64,000 bases of DNA from Lachnospiraceae bacterium. GTDB taxonomy: Bacteria > Bacillota > Clostridia > Lachnospirales > Lachnospiraceae. The first letter of the stretch is position 1; every line of letters begins with the position of its first letter. The translations under genes were made by a program, and so were the position numbers. Location: the NCBI GenBank assembly GCA_029067205.1, contig JAIEEY010000076.1, positions 25 to 64,024 of the forward strand, written 5' to 3'. The notes below the pieces were generated by a model. It did no database searches. It was not told the origin of the DNA and worked only from the letters and a program-made list of their open reading frames with translations. Shown here piece after piece: positions 56,960-64,000 of the stretch.

Positions 56960-57937
56960 ATGCATAAAAAGAAGCGAATAACCAGAAAAGAAATGAAATT
57001 AGTATATGAAATAACATATAGTTTTATAACAAAAGTAAAATACGACCACGTGTCCTCATTTGCAGGGCACGCGGCCTTATTTTTACTGATGTCACTATTT
57101 CCGATGGCAATGTTCTGTATATCAATGTTCAGCTATCTGCCCATTGATACAGGGCGTTTTACACAGTATCTGATGAATATTATTCCAGAGGGGTTTACGC
57201 CGCTTTTGAACCAGATTATGGAGGAGGCTTATGCGGAAAGTACAACGATGATGAAATCGTTCACCATGATCGTGATGCTCTTTTGTGCCTCTAAGGGTGT
57301 GTATGCGGTGATTATCGGTATGAATGCGGTATATGGCATCCGGGAGACGAGGGGAACGCCGCTTCTGTATGCGCTCGCAGTCTCTTATGTAGTGTTTTTC
57401 TTTGCAGCGATTGGACTGATGATGGTGCTGATCGTGCTTGGAAATAACATATTTAACTGGCTGCTGCAGTTTGTGCCGGGGCTGGCTGTGTTTTCCAATT
57501 TGTTTCGCTACGGGAAATATTTGTGTATGCTTGTATTTTTGATTGTCTTTTTCCTGCTGATTTATATGAATGTTCCCAACAGAAGATCAAGGATACGTTA
57601 TGAATTTTTTGGCGCACTGTTCTCCACGGTCGCGTGGCTGGTGTATTCGTGGGCGTTTTCCTTTTATATCAGCAATTTTGCCAATTACTCAGTTACATAT
57701 GGAAGTCTTGCAACGGTCGTGATCTTTATCTTGTGGCTGTATGGCACGATGAATATTATATTTGTGGGAGCGGAGATGAATGTTGTCCTCCGCAAATTTG
57801 CAGAGTATGGCTACAATTATAGAAGGGCATACGAGTATTATAAGGATAAATACCATGGGGAACTATTGAAACAAAGAGGAATCGTGGTGAAGCTCAGGGC
57901 AAGGAGAAGGGCATCAGACAAGGAGAATCATGTATGA
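56960..57937 (+). CDS. YihY/BrkB family membrane protein
   Basis: SLFP, MNAVY...ETR, YSVTYGSL..VI..LWLY...GAE.N. Confidence 0.9.
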   Translation: MHKKKRITRKEMKLVYEITYSFITKVKYDHVSSFAGHAALFLLMSLFPMAMFCISMFSYLPIDTGRFTQYLMNIIPEGFTPLLNQIMEEAYAESTTMMKSFTMIVMLFCASKGVYAVIIGMNAVYGIRETRGTPLLYALAVSYVVFFFAAIGLMMVLIVLGNNIFNWLLQFVPGLAVFSNLFRYGKYLCMLVFLIVFFLLIYMNVPNRRSRIRYEFFGALFSTVAWLVYSWAFSFYISNFANYSVTYGSLATVVIFILWLYGTMNIIFVGAEMNVVLRKFAEYGYNYRRAYEYYKDKYHGELLKQRGIVVKLRARRRASDKENHV

Positions 57938-57949
57938 TGAAGGTTCGGA

Positions 57950-58381
57950 TCATTCGTTTGTAATGATTACATAGCTTGAGGAGATATATGCTTCAGAACC
58001 TTCGTATAAGATTTTGGTCCATCCGTTGTCCAGTATCTCGAGGATATCAAAGGTAGTTCCTTCATCGACAGTGATGAGTACCTTTGCGTTCTCGGATGGT
58101 GCATTACGAATGTTTACCCTTGTTGAAGTCTTGCCATGCATTGTACTGGCAGGAGGTTCCGCATCCGGTATTGCTGTAGCTACATTATTATTGGCAGAAA
58201 GATTCTCTGACTGTTGTGCTTCTTCGGAGAGGTTGGACACTTCTGTGATCATGGCGGTATCTGGTTCATTGACGATCACATAACGTGGTCTGGTCATGAT
58301 ACAGAAAATAAGAAAACAGATCGAGACGGACATAATGGTTATAATAGATATTAGTATTGCATTGATTGTAGTTTTCTTCAT
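57950..58381 (-). CDS. Membrane-anchored SH3b domain protein
   Basis: N-terminal TM; VNIRNAPS...GWTKI.Y....YISSSY. Confidence 0.85.
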   Translation of the reverse strand: MKKTTINAILISIITIMSVSICFLIFCIMTRPRYVIVNEPDTAMITEVSNLSEEAQQSENLSANNNVATAIPDAEPPASTMHGKTSTRVNIRNAPSENAKVLITVDEGTTFDILEILDNGWTKILYEGSEAYISSSYVIITNE

Positions 58382-58529
58382 ATATTGTCACCTCGGTTTT
58401 ATGCATATAATAGGTGTATCTATTTATGCCTAGTATATCCTATGTTGTATGAGTTGGCAAGAAATCATATTTTTTTAATATAATTGTAATATTTTATTAA
58501 AATTCAATGAGAAAAATTTTATTATTTAG

Positions 58530-58558
58530 TTGACAGGACATGTTGATTGTGGTATCAT
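58530..58558 (+). promoter_or_regulatory. tRNA-Thr promoter
   Basis: TTGACA-17-TATCAT with TG extension. Confidence 0.75.
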
Positions 58559-58571
58559 ATTTTTCGGTAAT

Positions 58572-58644
58572 GCTGCTATAGCACAGTCGGTAGTGCGCAA
58601 CATTGGTAGTGTTGAGGTCACCGGTTCGATTCCGGTTAGCAGCT
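58572..58644 (+). tRNA. tRNA-Thr (GGT)
   Basis: GCTGCTA/TAGCAGC acceptor stem, CAACA-TT-GGT-AG-TGTTG anticodon arm, GGTTCGATTCC. Confidence 0.95.
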
Positions 58645-58646
58645 TA

Positions 58647-58679
58647 AAAAAAGAATATCCTTTTGGATATTCTTTTTTT
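58647..58679. terminator. Bidirectional terminator
   Basis: aaaaaagaatatcc-tttt-ggatattctttttt. Confidence 0.85.
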
Positions 58680-58704
58680 ATGCTCTTATGATTCAAATGA
58701 ATAC

Positions 58705-61359
58705 TTAATCTGTATCAGATACAGGTTCCTCAGGAGTGGGGGGAGCGGCGGTGTCAGCTGCACGCAGCTGCATTTCGAGTATTTGCTGCTGCAGTACTTC
58801 CTGTGCATTTGGTGCTGTCATGAATGTACTGTTGTGAGGGCACATCTGTGTCTCTGCCGTTGTGTCTGTTTCAGGAAGGGTAAGGGCAGAAGCAAGATTG
58901 TTGTCCTGAAGCCGTGCTGGTACTTGTTCAATGGCAGAAGCCTGCTTGAAAGGGCACTCTTCCGCAGCCGTGAGTCCACAATATTGACATATATTGGAAA
59001 AGTAATGTACATCACAATATTCTGTCGGAACTGTTCCCTCTGCAAAATATTCGGTTCTCACACAGCCCTGTGCATCACATACACCCGCAATGGGGAGTCT
59101 GCCGGATTTCGAGCAGATGGAAGCTGTGACAATGCCATTCGCCATAGGGAATGACTTATACTCAAGGTTCTCATGAATCTTTGACATCACTTTCTTCCAC
59201 ATGGTTTTGGACAGATTCTTTTCAGCAGAGGTTTTCATGCTGACATTGTTGTCATAGCCAGTCCATGTTGTGGCGGTGTAATAGGGAGTATAGCCTGAAA
59301 ACCAAACATCTTTGTAGTCGGAAGTTGTACCTGTCTTCCCTGCGATTGCCATATTGCCAAAATTGACAGAACCGCCAGTACCAGTAGTGACAACGTCAAC
59401 CATGGCGCTGGTGAGCAGCCATGCAGTGGATTGCTTGATTACCTGTGTGGATTCTGGTGCGGTGTTGTCAATCAGGACATTACCATCATGGTCAAGAATT
59501 TTTGTATATAGCTTGGGTTTGATATAAGTTCCCTGGTTGGCAATTGCCGCGTATGCAGCGTTGAGTTCCATATTGGTAACCCCATCAGTAATGCCGCCGA
59601 GAGCAAGAGGCTGACCGATATCGGACATAATAGAACCATCTTTCTCCACGCGCTTTTCAACCAGAGTTGTGAAACCGAAGTTCAGTAGATAATCAAAACC
59701 AAGCTGCGGAGATATCTGAGTAAGCGTTTTGACGGTCACAACATTTGCAGATTGTGCAATACCATACCGGAGACTTAGAAGTCCTCTGTAGTTGCTTCCC
59801 CACCAGTTTCTTACAGGGCGTCCGCCCGAATAGCTAAAAGGGGCATCATTCTGTACATCAGCAAGGGTCAAACCGGCGCTGTCAAGTGCAGGTGCATAGG
59901 TTGATACGACCTTAAATGTGGAGCCTGGCTGTCTTGTCGTGTTCGTTGCTCTGTTGAGGGTGCGGCTTGCCTCTTTGGTGCCGCGTCCGCCCACCATGGC
60001 AACTACATAACCGGTAGACTGGTCCTCGACAGTGATGGATACCTGTGGCTGTGGTGTCAGTGAGATGCGCTCACCGTCAACCTTGTCTCCTTCCTCCATC
60101 ACATCATGTTTGTATGCCTCAATGGCTTCATAGGCTTCATCTTTCGATGAATAGAGCAGATCAAACGATGCATTCTGTTCTTTGTAATGTGCTTTGAACA
60201 TTTCTGTACTGTGGTTTTCTTTATCCCCGTTTGCCTTCTCAATGGTTAGGGCATAGTTCAGATACCACTTGGTATTTTCGGGATAATTTTCCTCGTTGCC
60301 ATACACTTCGTCGCAGATTGCCTGAATATCGGGGTCTTGTGTAGTATAAATGCTCAAACCGCCGCTGAACAGAAGCCAGTGTGCTTGTGTTTCATTGAAG
60401 CCTTTTAGCTCCATAAGATCGGCAAGAACCTGTTCTGTGACCTCGTCTACAAAATATGTATAGACGGAGTTGCTCTCGGTCTCTTCATTAACGGAAAAAA
60501 TACGGCTGTACACGTCATCAGCCATCGCCTCATCATACTCTGCCTGTGTGATATACCCTTGCTCCTTCATCTTCTCAAGAACAATATCGCGTCTTGTTTT
60601 ATTGTTATCTGGATGAGAGATCGGATTGTATCTGGAGGGATTGGAAGTAGTGGCAGCGATAACAGCACATTCGGAGAGTGTCAGCTGATATGGCTGTTTG
60701 TTGAAGTAACGCAGTGCTGCAGCTTTAATCCCTAAGGTGTTCTGGCCAAGGTTGATTGTGCTCATGTAGATTTCCAGGATCTTTTCCTTGGACATTTTCT
60801 TTTCAAGTTCAAGGGCAAGGTACTGTTCCTGAATCTTACGCTTAATTTTCTGGATATTACTTTCATTGGTCCAATTGTCAAAGACATTGTTCTTGATAAT
60901 CTGCTGTGTGATGGTAGATGCTCCCTGCGAGAGCTCTCTGTCCCGCAGCACCATGAATCCGGCACTCAGAATACGTTTGATATCAATACCGTTGTGCTCA
61001 TAAAAGCGCTCGTCCTCGATCGCAACAAAAGCATCACAAAGGTACTGGGGAACCTTGTCAATCTCCTCGTAGCTTCTGTTGGAATTGGCGGCAACCAGCT
61101 TTGTCAGTTCGTTGCCTTTGGCATCATAGACGATCGTGGCAAATCCCTGCGGAAGGACTGCTGCGGGGTCGACATCGGGCGCGGAGCTCAGGATTCCTTT
61201 GAACGCACCGATACCGAAGCACACCCCGACGACCACCAGTGATAAGGCACCAACCAATATAAGTTTCAGTGCGGATACAAGGAACAGTTTTTTGAATTTT
61301 ATGGTTTTAGAAGTAAGGGATTTCTGGACTTTTACAATTCCTCTTTTCCCATAATTCAT
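58705..61359 (-). CDS. Class A penicillin-binding protein (PBP1A family)
   Basis: EDERFYEH.G, GASTITQQ transglycosylase; STFK, SAN, KTG transpeptidase. Confidence 0.95.
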   Translation of the reverse strand: MNYGKRGIVKVQKSLTSKTIKFKKLFLVSALKLILVGALSLVVVGVCFGIGAFKGILSSAPDVDPAAVLPQGFATIVYDAKGNELTKLVAANSNRSYEEIDKVPQYLCDAFVAIEDERFYEHNGIDIKRILSAGFMVLRDRELSQGASTITQQIIKNNVFDNWTNESNIQKIKRKIQEQYLALELEKKMSKEKILEIYMSTINLGQNTLGIKAAALRYFNKQPYQLTLSECAVIAATTSNPSRYNPISHPDNNKTRRDIVLEKMKEQGYITQAEYDEAMADDVYSRIFSVNEETESNSVYTYFVDEVTEQVLADLMELKGFNETQAHWLLFSGGLSIYTTQDPDIQAICDEVYGNEENYPENTKWYLNYALTIEKANGDKENHSTEMFKAHYKEQNASFDLLYSSKDEAYEAIEAYKHDVMEEGDKVDGERISLTPQPQVSITVEDQSTGYVVAMVGGRGTKEASRTLNRATNTTRQPGSTFKVVSTYAPALDSAGLTLADVQNDAPFSYSGGRPVRNWWGSNYRGLLSLRYGIAQSANVVTVKTLTQISPQLGFDYLLNFGFTTLVEKRVEKDGSIMSDIGQPLALGGITDGVTNMELNAAYAAIANQGTYIKPKLYTKILDHDGNVLIDNTAPESTQVIKQSTAWLLTSAMVDVVTTGTGGSVNFGNMAIAGKTGTTSDYKDVWFSGYTPYYTATTWTGYDNNVSMKTSAEKNLSKTMWKKVMSKIHENLEYKSFPMANGIVTASICSKSGRLPIAGVCDAQGCVRTEYFAEGTVPTEYCDVHYFSNICQYCGLTAAEECPFKQASAIEQVPARLQDNNLASALTLPETDTTAETQMCPHNSTFMTAPNAQEVLQQQILEMQLRAADTAAPPTPEEPVSDTD

Positions 61360-61579
61360 GAAATCACCTCCGTTAAATAAATTTCATTCTTTTCATTATA
61401 GCAAATTACCTTATGTAAATAAAGGATTTTTTTAGATAGTTTACACAGAGTTTATATAGAATTTATATTCTCCCGTAAAAAATGTGGTATTCATAGTTTA
61501 GTCCTGCATTTTCCATTTTATACAGGATTGGTTTGTGTTATAATCAAAAGAAAGCCAAACTTTGAAATGGAGGTCAGAC

Positions 61580-62230
61580 ATGGGAAAGGATGCGAACAGT
61601 CAGGAATATGAAGATTATACGCTGCTCATGAAAGGGGCAGAGGCAGAGCTGGTAGAGAAAAAATCAAGATTTATCGCGACAGTGCGTCCTGTCGCAAGCG
61701 AGGAGGAGGCAGCAGTCTTTATAGAAGAAATGAAGAAAAAGTATTATGATGCGCGGCACAACTGTTCCGCATTTGTGATCGGAAGCAGGGCGCAGATTAC
61801 CAGAAGCAGCGATGACGGGGAGCCGAGCGGTACAGCGGGGCGTCCAATGCTGGAGGTATTGCTGGGAAGCGGGATCAGGAATATTGCGGCAGTTGTCACG
61901 CGATATTTCGGCGGCACACTGCTGGGAACAGGAGGACTTGTCCGGGCGTATTCGGGTGTGCTGAAGGAGGCGCTTGCAAAGTGCGAGACAGCCCGGCAGC
62001 ATTTTGGAGTCAGAATGATTATTAGGACAGATTACAACGCGGTAGGCAAGATTCAGTATATCCTCGCAGAAAAACAGATCAGCATAGAGGACAGCGTCTA
62101 TGCGGCAGACGTAGAAATGACGGTCATAGCACCGATTGAGGAGTATGACCGCCTGTGTAAAGAGATCGTGGAGGCGACGAGCGCCCGCGCGGAGATAACG
62201 GAAATCGAGAGATTGTATTATTTTGCTTAA
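61580..62230 (+). CDS. yigZ: YigZ/IMPACT family protein
   Basis: KKSRF, ARHNCSA, DDGEPSGTAG, VTRYFGG.LLG.GGL.RAY. Confidence 0.93.
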   Translation: MGKDANSQEYEDYTLLMKGAEAELVEKKSRFIATVRPVASEEEAAVFIEEMKKKYYDARHNCSAFVIGSRAQITRSSDDGEPSGTAGRPMLEVLLGSGIRNIAAVVTRYFGGTLLGTGGLVRAYSGVLKEALAKCETARQHFGVRMIIRTDYNAVGKIQYILAEKQISIEDSVYAADVEMTVIAPIEEYDRLCKEIVEATSARAEITEIERLYYFA

Positions 62231-62231
62231 A

Positions 62232-64000
62232 TCACCTTTTATCTGCTCGAGAAATATAGATAAAATATGTCAAAGCTAATGGAACAGCATACACTACTGG
62301 GAGTGCATAGCGGATATTGTCATAAATGGCAGGCCCCGCCAGTACCACCAAATCACTTAAGACGATTGGGAGCAGAATCCATAAAAAGTCCTTTTTCCTG
62401 TCAGTTATACAAAAAATCATCAAATATACAACGATGATATTATATACTGCAATGTTAGAAAAGGCACCTGTGATAGGCAGGGAATGCAGCAGTTTGTATA
62501 ATTCAATACGGGCATTATTGGCATCTGAAAAGGTCATTTCCTGAGCAGCTCCCATTTCATCCATAAAATCATGATCATAAAAATAATCAACATATGTGGA
62601 ATAATAAAATCTGCTGTTAACTCTTTGCGGGTATATCAAACAATAGTTCTGATTTATTGTTGCACCAATGTATGTAAAGGGATGACGCAAAAATTGCTGA
62701 AACCAAACGATAAAATAATTCATCCAATCCTCTTTTGTGGCATAGTAATGGAATCGGGATTTTACCGGATCAGAGATTTCTGGTTCATACACACCTGCGA
62801 GTGCATAGTAGTCAATCACTCTGTCAATGACTGCCTTTTCTTCCTCTGGCGTTTCATCGCTGTAATATTTGGCATATCGTGCGGACTGCTGTAAGGGAAT
62901 GGAGAGTGCCTCACGCATGCTTTCTCCTTCTTGTATTGTGACATGATACTGCGCTATTATAGCATTTAAGATGCCATATGAAAGTAAAAGCGGTAAGATA
63001 AGTAAAACAAGACCTCGAGCGATATATTTTTTTTGCAACCCCGTTTTATTTCTGATACATTTTATTGCAACATAAATAGTCATTGCATATATGATATATT
63101 TTCCATTGTGTCGAAAAAGCATTACTATTATGTTAGAGAAACAGAATAGGCAGACATGACCAATACAATTCCAATATCGTTCCCAATTTATATGCATATA
63201 AACCAATTCCACCAGATAGAGCAGAACGGCAAATGAGTACAATGTATCTTTTACAATAGTAGTCACATAACATGTGTAAAATGGTGATACTGCTGCAATG
63301 ATAAAAGAAAATATTAAGAGCCATCGGGGAGCCTGCAAGGTCTCACTCATGCAGACAAATACATAACCCATGATTGCAGAACATATTATCGTTTGTAAAA
63401 GAGTCCACATAAAAAAGGCTGTGTTGATATTTCCGCTCGAAAGTCCAAATGACGCAAACCATCCCAGCAAAACTGTAAAAAACGGCGGATGATGTGCTGT
63501 AAACTCTGCTCTTCCGAAATACTGGTACAGCGAATCCCAGGCATCACATTCCATGCTTGCCGGATGGGAAATGATGGTGTGTGGAGTCCACACGATTAGC
63601 ATCATAGCGAACCAAAATATAAAGAGACGCAGGTTTTTGAATGGTACAATACAAGGAATATTTTGAGTGGTAATAAGTTCATGAAATACTGATCCAACAC
63701 GATTGATCAGATGGGCAGCACCAACTACATATAGAAAGCTTTTAAAGATCTGTATTGGTGAATGAAATAAATGTTGTGTTGTATTATCTATTTCAAACCC
63801 TTTTGAAAGCAGCCACAAAAAGGCTATGAAAAAACTTGCAACACGTAACAAATGATTATCATGCTCTATCGTATCGATTTTTCTGTCCACATAATAAAGT
63901 GCAGCGAACAAGATTGTCAATGTAAAAAAATCTATTTTCATGTAAGGCTGCTCAAAATTCATGAAGAACATTGAGAGTGTGCAAAAACACAATAACCCTG
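62232..64000 (-). CDS. Multi-pass membrane protein, DUF6020-like / GT-C-like (5'-partial, frame open to the window edge)
   Basis: D(AW)D..Q.....HHP motif, KD...S, FRHNG, RY near the C-terminus; AT-rich. Confidence 0.7.
   Translation of the reverse strand, partial: GLLCFCTLSMFFMNFEQPYMKIDFFTLTILFAALYYVDRKIDTIEHDNHLLRVASFFIAFLWLLSKGFEIDNTTQHLFHSPIQIFKSFLYVVGAAHLINRVGSVFHELITTQNIPCIVPFKNLRLFIFWFAMMLIVWTPHTIISHPASMECDAWDSLYQYFGRAEFTAHHPPFFTVLLGWFASFGLSSGNINTAFFMWTLLQTIICSAIMGYVFVCMSETLQAPRWLLIFSFIIAAVSPFYTCYVTTIVKDTLYSFAVLLYLVELVYMHINWERYWNCIGHVCLFCFSNIIVMLFRHNGKYIIYAMTIYVAIKCIRNKTGLQKKYIARGLVLLILPLLLSYGILNAIIAQYHVTIQEGESMREALSIPLQQSARYAKYYSDETPEEEKAVIDRVIDYYALAGVYEPEISDPVKSRFHYYATKEDWMNYFIVWFQQFLRHPFTYIGATINQNYCLIYPQRVNSRFYYSTYVDYFYDHDFMDEMGAAQEMTFSDANNARIELYKLLHSLPITGAFSNIAVYNIIVVYLMIFCITDRKKDFLWILLPIVLSDLVVLAGPAIYDNIRYALPVVYAVPLALTYFIYISRADKR

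Noticed and set aside
55139-58644. Integrated element between tRNA-Trp and tRNA-Thr
   Set aside because: The tRNAs point outward, so the segment lies at their 5' sides. No integrase or att duplication was seen.
1-64000. CRISPR array or cas genes
   Set aside because: No regularly spaced repeats with unique spacers. The only periodic repeats are in-frame coding repeats at 45.9-46.2 kb.

Overview
Chromosomal window from a Firmicute, most likely a gut Lachnospiraceae (Clostridia), judged from gene content and style. The first ~16 kb is an accessory region. It holds a frameshifted Rpn/PD-(D/E)XK gene, IS630 and IS200 remnants, a Phd-like/HicA toxin-antitoxin pair, and a co-oriented run of detoxification/redox/immunity-like genes including a Tri1-like ADP-ribosylhydrolase. 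It also carries a His/Cys-rich secreted peptide with an ECF sigma and RsgI-like anti-sigma, and an Erm(Q)-like 23S methyltransferase with an unannotated leader peptide and attenuator. The rest is mostly core genome: MATE, ABC pair, DinG-like helicase, ugd, a second malQ, LacI, hybrid kinase, nrdD-glutaredoxin fusion, pyrFE, purEMND, clpC, radA, BlaI/M56, tRNA-Trp, tRNA-Thr, PBP1A and yigZ. Structure not explained by genes includes at least four families of small palindromic elements. One is a two-copy ~90-nt structured element with a compensatory change. Another is a TTA-flanked MITE whose solo ends recur at gene junctions. Three genes (Rpn, AraC-GyrI, NrdD-Grx) have internal SD+ATG signals that could yield separate C-terminal proteins. 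No CRISPR array, rRNA or intact prophage was seen. All family calls come from motif recognition by eye, not from database searches.
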